Of a stretch of 64,000 bases of DNA, positions 12,780 through 25,462 are shown piece by piece. A program made the translations under genes and the position numbers. The DNA is from Eledone cirrhosa (taxonomy: Eukaryota), in the NCBI GenBank assembly GCA_964016885.1, contig OZ024742.1, forward strand, positions 178,498,001 to 178,562,000, read 5' to 3'. The notes beneath the pieces were generated by a model. That model did no database searches and was not told where the DNA came from. It was given only the letters and a program-made list of their open reading frames with translations. The first letter of the stretch is position 1; each line of letters begins with the position of its first letter.

Positions 12780-13160
12780 ATTACCAGCTGGTTTTCACAA
12801 GTTTCTGCAGTAAATAGTATGAATATTTGTATCTTAGAACTCCAGAAGTCTGTTCTTAGATTGTATGATATGTTACCTTACCTTGCTACTTTGGTCTTCC
12901 TGCTGATGTACTGCAAAGGGCCACAATTCATCTTCACTTTGATCAGTCTTGAGCAAGTTTTGGAGCCTGGTACCAGTTGATCATTTTTTCTTGCAGGTCT
13001 TCTTTTATAGTTGTATGCCAAGCAAGTGATTATTGGTCTGCTTCTAGGTCTCTTTCCACCATGTGGTATCCAGTTCATGGCAATATTAGCAGGACAACTA
13101 CCAGGAAGGCACAAGATGTGACCAGTAAACAGCATGTCCCTATCAGCAACTATTTTGTTT
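12780..13160 (-). mobile_element. RTE-like LINE ORF2 3' fragment
   Basis: Translation LFTGHILCLP...IAMNWIPHGGKRPRSRPIITC resembles the RTE C-terminal (WxGHxxR...GxRxxGRPxxTW) region. Confidence 0.65.
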
Positions 13161-13411
13161 AGTTTTCTTGACTTTGAAATAATATTGTAATGAGAATCTT
13201 ACTGTCATTCGTTAGCAATATGTGGGGTAAATGTGTAAGGTTCTCATAAAACTCAATTTTTGGCCCTTCATTAATCCTGCATGTTGCTGTTGTTCAGCCC
13301 AAGATCAACATTGAACAGACCTGATCAAAGATATTCTAGCCCTGACTCTTTAGTCCTTTTAGAGTTACCTAGGACTATATTACCTAACACATCCTCCTCC
13401 ACTTTTTTTAA

Positions 13412-13608
13412 CCCTTTAGCATTCACGTTATTTTATATATACTATTATATTTTAATGGTAAAGGCTTTATCTCACATAATATCGAATCTATGAGATTTTA
13501 AAAGTATTTATTTTGAGAACAATACCTTAACATCAGTTTGAACGGTCAGTTTCAACAGAAAGAGGTAGAGAATTCTGGCCGGTTTTGGCCAGTTTGAACA
13601 CTAAAGGG
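13412..13608 (-). mobile_element. piggyBac-type MITE family A
   Basis: TTAA flanks (13408-11, 13609-12) and TIRs. Confidence 0.8.
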
Positions 13609-14598
13609 TTAAGTTAGTGGGATTGATTTTAGGGAGATTCTGTTGATATTTCTAGCAGTTCAAGTGATCATGTAGAGGGTCCTTTAGCTTGTAATCCTGC
13701 TTGCAATCCAGAATCCTATCAGATTACCTATCACTAGTCTGAGTTTAATTATTCTATCACTCATCCCATCTATCCCAAGCAAACTTGAACACTTTTGATC
13801 AAAGTCATTCATATCTAATCACCACATCACTTTCTACAACATACTAGTTTAGGTAGGACTAGATAGGAGGGTGTGATCTGAGGGAGATTTGACTATTTTT
13901 AGCTTGTTGAGTGACCACATAGGGGTTCCCTTGTTGTTGTCTCTGTAGGTAATGGGGTTTTTGAAAATGATCTGGGTGTCAGCTGTGTTGACACACCTGA
14001 CACCCAGCCCCTACTGTGTGCAGTTCTGACATGGCAGCTATTACCCCTTTTTTGCACAGATGGTACTATACAATAAACTTCTATAAAAAGTACACCATGA
14101 ACCTTTAAATAGGGTTTATATTAGAATAATATTTTATTTAATAATTCCTTGATTACAACATTCTATGAATTATTTCAAATAGGGTAAGATTTACAAATCT
14201 TACACATGCATGTAATATATATCATCATCACCATTTAACGTCCATTATTCCATGCTAGCATGGGTTTATGTATATATATGTGTGTGTGTGTGTGCATATG
14301 CATCTCTCTCTCTCTCTCTCCACACACACTCTCACTCAGGGAGAGGTATATGTATACACACATATGCCTGCATTCATCTTCACATTTTAATGGTTCCACG
14401 GTTGCATGGATTAGATATATATATATATATATACACATACACACACACCTCTCTTAGAAAGCATCTCCATAACCATTAAGCCTGTTAGATATAGCAGCCC
14501 ATAATTTTTACCTTATAACACCTACTTTTTTTCTTTTTAATGACAATTTCGTTATAGGGTAAACCAAATAATTTTTTTTCTTTTCTTTCTAATTGTAG

Positions 14599-14745
14599 CT
14601 GTCCCATGTTTCGATCCACAACATATTACAGTTGTGGTTGGTCAATCCGGTCCACTATTGCTTCTAAATTGAAATGACCTTCTAGTCTGTCTGTCTGTCT
14701 GAAACCTCTCACTCCTCTTGTGCCTTACACTACAATACTGCACAG
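14599..14745 (+). other. Candidate non-coding 5'UTR exon of the CARD gene
   Basis: Long polypyrimidine tract + AG at 14597-98 and a perfect CAG|GTAAGT donor at 14745/46; non-repetitive sequence; contains a short uORF (ATG 14606). Linkage to the CARD gene is inferred. Confidence 0.5.
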
Positions 14746-14859
14746 GTAAGTTATCATTTTCAGTTCAATTCTCGAGAAAAATATATGAAATACTACTACT
14801 AGTTGACAACAAAAGATTTCTCCTTATGAAGGAAAGGTTGGCTGTATGGTGCGTGTGTG

Positions 14860-15210
14860 TGATATGCAAAGCTGCATGATAGTAAAATATGGGCAGTGAC
14901 TGTAGAGAATATGTGAAGGCTAAAGAGAAACTGGGTATAAGTGGAATCAGATGTAGTGTGCAAAAGAGTAGAATGCATTGGTATAGATGTTAGATGTGCA
15001 TGGATGAAAATCAGTGTGTGAAGAAATGCCAAGAAATTCCAGTGGGAGAAAGTCGCAGTAGAGGAAGACCTGGGCAGATGTGGTGAAAGCTGATCTCAAA
15101 TTGCTGAAGCTCATGGTAGAGGTGACAAGATCACAAAGTGGAGAAATTCTGTGCTGAAAAGGAACTGTCCAAAACATGCAAGCATAAAAAAAGCAGACTT
15201 ATGATGATGG
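14860..15210 (+). mobile_element. RTE-like LINE 3' end fragment
   Basis: Degenerate GRSRSRGRP..W coding remnant, followed by a CATGCAAGCAT...(TGA)n tail. Confidence 0.6.
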
Positions 15211-15743
15211 AATATGAAATGTTGCTTTCCCAAAGTAAATAAATATAACAATAGTTGATCACTATAAAAAAATAGTTGAGAAAATCAGGTAAAGCATTCG
15301 CGAAAATTTAAAAAGTCAAGTTATCTCTGCCCATTTTACCTGTCTCTGTGGAGAGGTGCTTTACACAACTTTATCAACTAGGGTGATCAATTATTATTGT
15401 AGGTATATACTTTGGGATGACCACATTTCAGATTAAAGAATTTTTTCCTTTATACAATGGATGTTTTATATTTGAAATCATTGAAAACTCTTTGGAATCT
15501 TATGCGAATATATCATCATCAACGCCACCATTTTATGTCTGTTTTCCATTCTGGCATGTGTTGGACAGGTCATATTTTAAGATTAGGCAGGTCAGATGAC
15601 CACATCTTGCTCATATGTTCCATTTTGACAAGGTTTCTATGGCTAGATGTCTTTCATCATCCCAACGACTTTACAGAGTGGACTGGGTGCATTTGATTGT
15701 GGCACTAGCTCAACCACATCAAAGGGAAGATAACAATAAAAGG

Positions 15744-15788
<45 letters not shown>

Positions 15789-16154
15789 TATAGTGAGAAC
15801 TACAGTATCTATTGGAAGGAATGTTGGTTAATGCAGTTGTAGCTGTGCATGTTTGTTTGTGTGTGTGTTTGTTTTAGCATATCTCAAGTAATTGTATATG
15901 TGGCAAATGTTAGCACGCAATTCTGTAGAACTCAAGAGAATTATGATGTAATAATAGCAAATTGAGTGAAAAGAAAAAATATACTTTAATATCTTCCATT
16001 AGCAAAATATTTTATCCTAAAGTATACTAAATTGTTTTGGAGCCTTGGAATTTCTACGGATCCATCTAGTTTAACATTATTATTACCGGAATTCTCTGGG
16101 AAGGTATTGTTGAGATTTTTGACAGGTTTGTATATATATTTTTTCCAACTTTAA

Positions 16155-16189
<35 letters not shown>

Positions 16190-16245
16190 CAGTTGACTTT
16201 GGAAGTGTTGGGAGAATATATATGTGTTTAACTTCAATTTCCATA

Positions 16246-16291
<46 letters not shown>

Positions 16292-16399
16292 ATGGACAAA
16301 TGAGGAACACAAAAAATTTGGCTGTCTATTGGGTATCTTTATAGTTTCAGTTATGTTAAAAGACAGTACTACTCTCTCCGGTACACCAATAGACCTTAA

Positions 16400-16556
16400 C
16401 CCTTTAGCATTTACATTACTCTATATATACTATTGTATATGATGATTTATTTTGAGAACAATACCTTAACATCAGTATGAGTGGCCGGTTACAGCCAGTT
16501 TGAACAGAAAGAGGAGAGAATTCTGGCCAGATACAGCCAGTTTAAATGCTAAAGGG
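16400..16556 (-). mobile_element. piggyBac-type MITE family A (internally deleted)
   Basis: TTAA flanks (16396-99, 16557-60) and TIRs. Confidence 0.8.
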
Positions 16557-18496
16557 TTAAGAAAAGAGAGCTATTTATGATAAAAATGTAACAGATTCTA
16601 AACAAAACAATAATGTTACTGAGCAGGTCTTTTTGACCAGTGGGACAGGGAAACAAGGTGAAAAATATACATACCAATACCATGCAGGAAAACCCTTATA
16701 AAATGCAGGGAAAATGTGACAAATAAATGTGGCATGACCCATTCATATCCAACCCATTTATCATTGCTTCTTAGTAACTATTCTCAGCATCACTGTACAT
16801 CCTCTCCTTTCCTATCCAAGGTCACTCCCACCTCTTTTCACCCTCTCACACCTGTCATATTTCTTTAGTAACATACAGTAGGACAAGTCGTAGTTTGAAT
16901 TTCTTTCTGTTTGAATGTTTGTGTTATTGGTTAAAGTATTGGCTTCGTTTTTTTTTTGTGTGGCTTTTTGACATTTAGTGTTAATAGTATTATAGAATAT
17001 ATGACCTATTTATAGTTCAAGGCTACATTATAGTTATGCATTTATATGTTGATGATTAGTCTTCATGTCAGCCTGAGGTGTACAGACATAGAAGTCAAAG
17101 GCATTTAGTGGGGACAGGACAGATTTTATGGGCAAAACCAACCAGCAGGAGACCCAGGGGTAGACCCTGAGCAAGATGGTTGGATAACATCCATGAGCTT
17201 GGCTCAAATTCTAGTTTTAATATGTTGTGTTGCTTGTAAGTACACCATGTACACTACATGTGTGTGTGTGTGTGTGTGTGTGTATAAGGACTGGGCCTTT
17301 GTTGGTTTTGATGGAGAGTGTTCGAGTCTTTCAATCAGCAGAACATCCTGCTCATGAAATTAACATGTAAGTGGCTGGGCATTCCACTGACATGTGTACC
17401 TTTAATGTAATACTCGGGGAGATTCAGTGTGACACAATGTGTGATATTGCTGGCATTTTGAATTACAGGTCCAGTCCATCTGATGGGCTTCCAAACAATT
17501 TCTATCTATCCAATTTCACTCACAAGGCATGGTTTGAACCAAGGTTATAGTAAATGACACTTGCCCAAGATGCCATGCAATGGGAATTGAAAGCAAATAC
17601 GACTGTTGATTGCCCTCACTCATAAACAAAACATTCAGAAAATACCATAGGCCAACAACTGACAGCACCAACCACCAGAATGGGAAAGACATCTGCAGCA
17701 GTCATAGTACATAGTTTCTGTATAATAAAACTATTATTACCTGCAGTGACTACAACCTCTTTACGTAATAGGCTGTGCTGAACCCTTTCCTTGCGAGGTA
17801 GCCTTAAAGAGAGTTATCTCTGGTGGTACATTGTGAGATGCAGCAATCTTTCCATGCTGGCATGGCTGGACAAGGAAATGGGAATTCAGGTATGTGAGTA
17901 GAGGGAGAATAATTGTTCAGTCATAAACGATCCACCAAGACAAAACAAGTCTTAAGAAATATCTAATCAAACGGCGTGATGCCATATCCCAGGAAGCTTG
18001 TATTAGGAAAGCAATAGCCCATACAACACATGGAAATAACCAAACTATTATTGAAATAAACAACATGATCAAAAAGATGAATATTAGATAAATACAATAT
18101 CCAAAGAAAAAAAAGGTTGTAACCTAATAACTGTGAAGTGATCTTCTTAACCATTCAGCTATGTTGTGTCCATAGTACATTTATATACCCATATCCCATA
18201 TATAAATCATATGAATTTAGCACTGATTTCTAAAATACTTAATGAGCAGTTTGAAATGTGGTTTATATTTTACATCTGTCTTTTTTAAGGTGGTTAGCTG
18301 TTATCTCTACCAAGTGAAGTGACTCTGTAGAGACTACCTCCTTGTTGGTTGTTCATATATGTAACTAACTGAGGTACCTGGCTTCGCCCAGGCGAACAGT
18401 TAAGAGAAGACGGATAAAAGAGAAAACGACTGTATTGGGTGTGTTGTCTGGTATGAGGTGAGACCGTAATGTAGTGTGTGACAAAACAAAAAACAA

Positions 18497-18730
18497 TCAT
18501 AGAACTTCCTTATTTGGCTGGTGGAGTAAACTGCCGATTAAATGGTAGCATTGGCCTAGGATTTTAAATGTTGTGAAATAACCATAGTCAGTATGATCCT
18601 TTTCAGCTCCAAAGGACATCCTCTGAAATACAGCAATATACTGCTTAACATTGCTTCTGAAGTGTTTTGCTTCGTTAGTACGGTCTGTAAGTAGTATATG
18701 GATAAAAGCTGGTGGGTAGATTAATTTCAA
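18497..18730 (-). mobile_element. Helitron Rep N-terminal fragment (within a decayed element ~18363-19028)
   Basis: KHFRSNVKQYIAVFQRMSFGA...TFKILGQCYHLIGSLL matches the Helitron consensus HFxxNIRxYNxxFQMTSFGA...TFKVQGQIYHRIGSLL. Confidence 0.8.
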
Positions 18731-19336
18731 ATGGTATCAATTTTTCTTTTTTCTGTAAAATCAAGACTGTAAAACGACTTTATAAAAGCTAATACTATTG
18801 TTGAACCTTCCTATAGATCAAAGGACCTATAGTTTTTAAACTTTTGTTATGTCACTCACTCTCTCTCTCAGAATATCTAACACTTTAATTGTACCCCTCT
18901 CTGTATAACAGCCTATCTCTCTCTTTCTGCCTCTCCCTTTGTGTCTCTCTCTTTAGATGTGTGTGTATGTATTTGTGTGTGTGATCCAACCAACCAATAA
19001 ACATCTTTCTTTTATATTATTTATAGATTATTTCAATGTATGTAGTTTGTAATTCAAAACAAGAATTATAATATAGATGTTCATATATTTTAAATTGATC
19101 TATTGATTATCTTACTGCTTTGCTTTTACTTTGTTTTTCTTTGTTGTTTTTTTTTATTTTTTGTTTGTTTTTTACTAGTTCTATTGACCAAAATCACATG
19201 TATATAAGTGTGGGACAGCAAATAGGTCACTTAAGATTTGTTGAACTGGTTTTCATCTTTTGTTAAAGACACATAACTTTCATAGTAACACCTCAGGTAT
19301 TCTACTGAATGTTCTCTTTTCAAATTCTCTTTATTA

Positions 19337-19620
19337 TTTTTATTGTTGTTATTATTGTTTTTGTTATCATTATTCTTATCATCATCATTATTATTATTAT
19401 CATCATTATTATTATCATCATTATTTGCTGCTGTTGCTGTTTTGAGCACTAAACAGAGGTGTTATTGTTATTATTATTATTGTTGTTGTTATTCGTACCA
19501 TCATCATCACCATTATTATCATTATTATTATTATTATTTGCTGCTGTTGCTGTTTTGAGCACTAAACAGAGGTGGGTGTGTTTAATTGCAAACTGTTTAC
19601 ACAAGAAGGTTATTATTATT
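19337..19620. repeat. (TTA/TCA/TTG)n microsatellite with a duplicated 38-bp spacer
   Basis: TTTGCTGCTGTTGCTGTTTTGAGCACTAAACAGAGGTG occurs at ~19424 and ~19537. Confidence 0.85.
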
Positions 19621-20899
19621 ATAATATTGTACATATTACACGAGGACTAAATAAATGACTAAAAAAGAAAAAGCAAGCAAACAGTGTGAGTCAAAGATTT
19701 AGCATATTTATGTGTCTAGTAAGATCTTACTTTTACTAAAATACCCAGAATGTTATTAGTTTACTAATCATATAGTAGTTTACTAGTACAATGACTACAG
19801 CTCACGCATAGTACTGTACATTAGTATAGTACTAACATCACACACGTGTTGATAGTTATTACAAAATAATTTCATGTACTGCATTATGTTTTGACTTGGG
19901 TTGTATGAATTGATAGCTTTCAGCGTTTAAAAGAGGGGTAAGCCATACATGATGCCTTCCTCAAAAAAAAAAAGAAGAAAAAATCTCAGACCTTTCAATT
20001 TTTAGAGGAGCTTGTTGCACCACTGAGTTTGGAAGTAGTCCTGTCTCACCTTGCAAAATTTCTCTCGGAGGCCCTGGAAGACCATCCTATTATAAACCAT
20101 TAGCAGAGTAGACTGGGTGTATCTATCATGACAATGTAGACAGTTCTGGCATAGCCAGTTGTTGGAGTGACACTGTAGATGCTCTGGGACAACCAGTTGT
20201 TAGAATGCCACTGTAGATGTCCTGGGACAGCCAATTGTTGAAGTGGCACTGTAGACAGTTCTGTAGGTGCCACTGTGGACACCCAGTCATTGATATTATT
20301 GAACCAGCAATAGTTTCAGGCAGTTTGTTAGTAAAAGCTTTAAGCTGGTGTTTGGAACAACAAATGTTCTAAAATTGAATAAATTTTATTTCATTACTAA
20401 GATAGTGACATATGTTTATTTTTTCATAAAATGTTGAGCAATTTAAATAGGAATCTTTTAAAATGGGTGGTTTTGTTTCATAGGACCGTATCTGGTTTTA
20501 GTTGTATATGGTATCAAATGGGTTACTCTTTTACTCTTTTACCTGTTCCAGCCATCTGGCTGAGGCCATAATGAATAATTTTGAAGGATTTACTAAAAAT
20601 ATTTCATTATCAAGGTAGTAACTTTAAATATGATTTTTATTAAAAATTATGTTGGAAAATTTTAATTTAGATAGGAATTTTTTTTATTGGGTGGTTTTGT
20701 TTCATAGAACTGGTCTTGGCCAGTTTAGTATCAAAAAGGTTAATGTACCTCTCAAGTACTAAATATAATGGGTCTATTCTTTTGAGTAATCATGTACATC
20801 ATCCCATTCTTGGTATATACAGTCGACTAATTTAAATCAAGAGATTCTTCTAGATTATGACTAACTGCAGTTTCACCTCAAATTTCAAAATTCAAAAAG

Positions 20900-21740
20900 T
20901 GGTATTTGTGCATACCTTTACCTCTGGTCATGAACCCTGGCTAATGACCAAAAGAATATGATTGCGAATACAAGCAGCTGAAATGGAATATTCTTTACCA
21001 TAAGTTAACAGCAAGGTTTTGACTTTCATCCTTTTGGCACCAATATATAATTGGCCCAAACTGGTAGATTATCAACAATTTTTTAGCATTAGATGAGATG
21101 CAGGTGGAGAAATTCAAATATCTTGGAGCTGTTTCCATGAGTGAATGAAGGCAGGAGGCTGAATTAAATGCAAGAATTGCTGGAGTTTTTACATTAATGC
21201 ACCAGCTTCAGCACCTGATCATCAGAAGATGGGAGGTAGGTGTAACAGCCAAACATACTATCTTCAATTCGGGGTTCGTGTCTGCCCTTACCTCTGCTCA
21301 TGAATCTTGTGTAATGACTAAAAGAATATGATCACAAATATGTGTCCAAATTGGAGTTTCTCTGTAAGGTCTTTGGAGTAATGTTACTCAATAGAATGCA
21401 TAGGTCAGAGATAAGTGAGACACTCCAGGTAGAGTCACTACTTTTCCCAATCAAGAGATTATGACTTTGATACTATGGACATACAGTTAGAATGTCTCGG
21501 GGGAAAAAAATCACTGGAGAGATTTTATGGACAAAGCTAACTGGCAGTAGACCCAGATGTAGGCCATGAGTTCAGTTGGTCTCACTTGGGGATACACAGA
21601 TCATTTAGAGACAGTTGCTTTTGATAGAACCCTCTGGTAGGTGTATCTGAAGACTCGGCACCTACAACTCTCCCAGGAATGTGGGCAAAGAAGAAAAAGA
21701 CAATAAGAGATGTTATTGATGTAAACAATGACCATATTTG
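20900..21740 (+). mobile_element. Decayed RTE-like LINE fragment (homologous minus-strand piece at ~40190-40440)
   Basis: Remnants LTSGHEPWLMTKRI.LRIQAAEME and VEKFKYLGAV; many stops. Confidence 0.6.
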
Positions 21741-22982
21741 AGTGTTGTTTAATTGCTGGTTCTGCACCAATGTTCCTTCAAAAGACAGTCAACAAAATTT
21801 TGCAATTAACCGTGAATAAACTGAGCGTGGTGGTTTTGTTGGGGTCACTCATTTTTCCTTTGAAGGTAATTTGAAAACTTATTCTTTTAATATATATAAA
21901 CATATTTTGGAATTGTAGTTGAGTAGCAAATGACTTGATCTGAGATTGTGTGTTGAAACTAAAACAATTGTGGAAGTCATTAATAGCTCCTAAACAGTTC
22001 TGTCTGCCCAATTTCACTGATAAGGCATGGGTTGACCTGAGGCTTTGCTAAATAATGCTAGCAGTGGAATCAAACCCAGCACCTAATTGGTTGTGAAGTG
22101 AACCTCTTAACCATTTGACCATCTTAAGTCCCCGTGGGTACTTCAGACATTGGACTCTAGCCATCCTGGAGCACCAGCTTAGTGTTTTCAGTTGATTATG
22201 TCAATCCCAGAATTTATTTTATTGATTGATGTTGACCTTGAAAAAATAAACAGTAAGGAGGGCCTGTGTGTGAGACTTGAACTCCAAATGTAGAGGGTCA
22301 CAACCAAAGAGCATCAAGTATATGGTCTGATGCTCTACCAATTCTGCATGTTGCCTATGTACATGCCCAGGAATAAGAGACTTGTTGACTGTGGATTTGA
22401 CAGATGTTACACACAAAAAATGCCTTGTGGTATTTAATCACAGCAATTTTCATTTCTGAGTTCAATCTTAACTGAGGTTCTCCTCCTCCTTATCATCCTT
22501 ATCATCTTCACATCATCATCATCATCACTCTCTCCCACTTTTTTTTTTGACAAACTTTCTATATCTGGATGCCCCTCCTATCATCAACCACTATACAGGA
22601 TTGTGCTGGCTGATCGTTTATCATGGTGTAGCTGAAGCATCCTATCAACCCTTTTATTTGGCAGGCACTGTGAGGCTAGATGCTCTTCCTATCACCAACC
22701 AATTTACAGAGCATACTTGATGCATTTATCATGTAGATCACCAACACTAGGAGGTTGTTAAGTCTATGGCATAACTGAAGTCTTCCCAACTCTTTGTTTG
22801 GCAGCTTTTCTATGGCTGGATGCCCTTCCTGTCACCAACCACTTTACAGAATGTACTGGACAATCTTTATCCTGCTGATATATATATATATTTTTTTTTT
22901 TGTGATGTTTTTTGGGTGTTTTTTTGTTTTCTTTTAATTTTTTTGATTGTTTTTCTCCCCAAAATGTAGGTGATGAAAGGCT

Positions 22983-23271
22983 ATGGTGGCTGAACAATTA
23001 AGCAATCGTGAAGATCTTATTGAAAATCTCGACTCTGAACCAGTATTTGATTACCTGCTTCAGCATGGTGTCATCAGCAAAGAAATCTACAATGATATCA
23101 ATGAAGAAGAAGTTATGCCTCTACGGAACCGAGCCCTGCTGCAACACTTGGAAGGTCTTCACAGTAGCAATGCGATGGCCTTCTTTATTAATGCTCTACG
23201 ACAATCGGGGCAGCTTGACTTAGCAAGCTCTCTTGACTTCACCAAAAGAATTAAACCCGTCCATGGAACAG
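22983..23271 (+). CDS. CARD-domain protein, coding exon 1 (CARD)
   Basis: Polypyrimidine + AG acceptor at 22968-69; in-frame TGA TGA just upstream of ATG 22983. NREDLIENLDSEPVFDYLLQHGVISKEIYNDI...RNRALLQHL...AMAFFINALRQSGQLDLASSL fits the six-helix CARD pattern. Donor AG|GTAAAA, phase 1. Confidence 0.88.
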
Positions 23272-23639
23272 GTAAAAAAAAGGAAAATTTATTTATTTAT
23301 TTATCTGGTTAACTTAAGAAGCATTGGGGAAATTTGAAATGTAGTTGTTCCAACGCAGATGAACATAATAATAATAATCAATCACTATAAATATTAGTTT
23401 TAAAAATCAAGTAAATTACTTTTGAAGAGAGGATCGGGGGGGAACAGAGGCACCTGCATTGAAACAAACCCCACAGAGGTGTATCTGTTCCCTATTTTAT
23501 TCAATCTCCAGGGGTATTTTACTTGATTTAGTATCACAGTGCCTGTACTGGTGTATAGGTCTTTTATATTATGGCATATTACTAGTCTACTCGGTGTTAT
23601 GTCGTCACTTATAATGAAACTATCTCTTATGATTTTCAG

Positions 23640-23666
23640 GTTATTTGCAAAGAGACCGATATAAAG
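23640..23666 (+). CDS. CARD-domain protein, 27-nt micro-exon (GYLQRDRYK)
   Basis: TTTTCAG| acceptor and AAG|GTAAG donor; phase 1-1; open and in frame with both neighbouring exons. Confidence 0.75.
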
Positions 23667-23781
23667 GTAAGCTATTAACTACAAAATATTCCACTTCTTT
23701 ATCCTACTTAACTCATCAGATGCTATGTATCTTGCAGTTTTGTTTCCCTACTTTACCCATTAACTTTCTATTCGCTCTTAA

Positions 23782-24001
23782 CACTTGAGCATTTAAAATG
23801 GTCGGATCCAGCCAGAATTCTCTCACCTCTTTTCTGTTCAAACCGGCCATAATAGGCTGCTCATACGTATGTTAAAGTATTGTTCTTAAAATATAATATC
23901 AAAATCTCATAGATTCGATATTATTTGTGATAATTATGTGAATTAAAGTGTTTAAGGTGAAAATACAATAGTAAATATAGAGTAATGTAAATGCTAAAGG
24001 G
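23782..24001 (+). mobile_element. piggyBac-type MITE family A (intronic)
   Basis: TTAA flanks and family body. Confidence 0.8.
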
Positions 24002-25462
24002 TTAATCTTCTCTAACATGAAAAAGCATAAACAGGTACAAAAGTGGTATGACTGCATAACATTAAAAATTAAAAGCTCTAGTCTAATACTGTAAATATTC
24101 TCAGTAGTCAGTCTACTTGTAAAGATACTATAAACATTTGAATTAATAAACCACAGGAAACTGCATTGGCAGGATATTCTTGAAAAGTACAAAACAGTGC
24201 TATGACTGCATCACATTGAAAATGTTCACATTGATATGTCCATCAGAAAAGTAAGATACTCAAAACATTTGAATTCACAAACTACATTAACTAGACATGA
24301 GGTCGTTAAAATAAAGCACTAGTAATGCACTAGGGTTGATTTAATTGACTTTCCCCTCTCTCCCAAAATAGCTGGCCTTGTGCCTATATTAGAAATCATT
24401 ATTGAAAAGTAAAAAACAGCATTGTGACTGCATTACATTAAAAGTTAAAGTCTAATCTAATTTGTTCTAGAACCACATTCATTACCACAAAAATTTGTTA
24501 TCACATCATCATTTAATGTCCATTTTCCCTACTGGCTAGGGTTGAGCAGATCATATCCTTACTTAATTGGCACTACTGACTTTTTTAATGGGCTGGGGAT
24601 TGTATCTTGCTTACATACATTCTCGCAATCTCTCTCTCCCTACATAATGCCAGATTCATTTCCATGCCACCAACACTAGGGAAGTTGCCATGTCTCTGAC
24701 AATACTAAAAACTCATATGCCAAATTGTTCAATATTTTCATTTATAGATGCCTTGACAGCCCCACAATAGATCTACTGTTTAGAATTGCCACAAAACAAT
24801 TGAGACAACAGCTTCAGCTTCTCAAAAGTATTTTGTTAATCAAAACAAAACCTAAGAAAAATTTTGTCGGAAAATATTTTGCAGATTTTGAATCTCTGCT
24901 ATTCAAAACATAAAAATTTAAAGATTGTATGCACAATCAAAGGGTGGTGACATAATTCAAAAACTTCATCATCATCACTTTCCATGTTGGTATGGGTTGG
25001 ATGGTCATTATGACTCAAGTCAGTAGTTCTTAGTTAGCAGTTACTACCCTCCTGGACAGCATGAAGGATCACATCTCACTTGTACATTCCAATTTTGGCC
25101 TGAGTTCCATGACTTAGATGCCCTTCCTACCTCCAACCACTTTACAGAGTGTACTGGTGGTTTTATTTCTAGCACATCACAACATCAGTAAAATATAATC
25201 TCATATCTGTGAAGAAAAAGGTTTCCTTTTCTACCTTTTGGAAGCAAAGCAGACTTTGACATAAACTCAACTACTAAAAATGAAATAAGATAATGATTTT
25301 ACGTAATAAAGATAATTATTCAAATTAAGATATTGTAATGACCTATTGAACTTAATTACTATTCTTAAAAGTTTTAATTAAAAATAAATTCTAATTGCTT
25401 ATTTAACTACTTCATATCCCAAAACAATATTTGCTCATTTAAGACATAAATTACATGCAGTA

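Noticed and set aside
23272-23312. ORF-track C-terminal extension of the CARD ORF (KKKENLFIYLSG)
   Set aside because: It is intron read-through beyond the donor at 23272. Likewise MFSIL at 29475-29490 is intronic.
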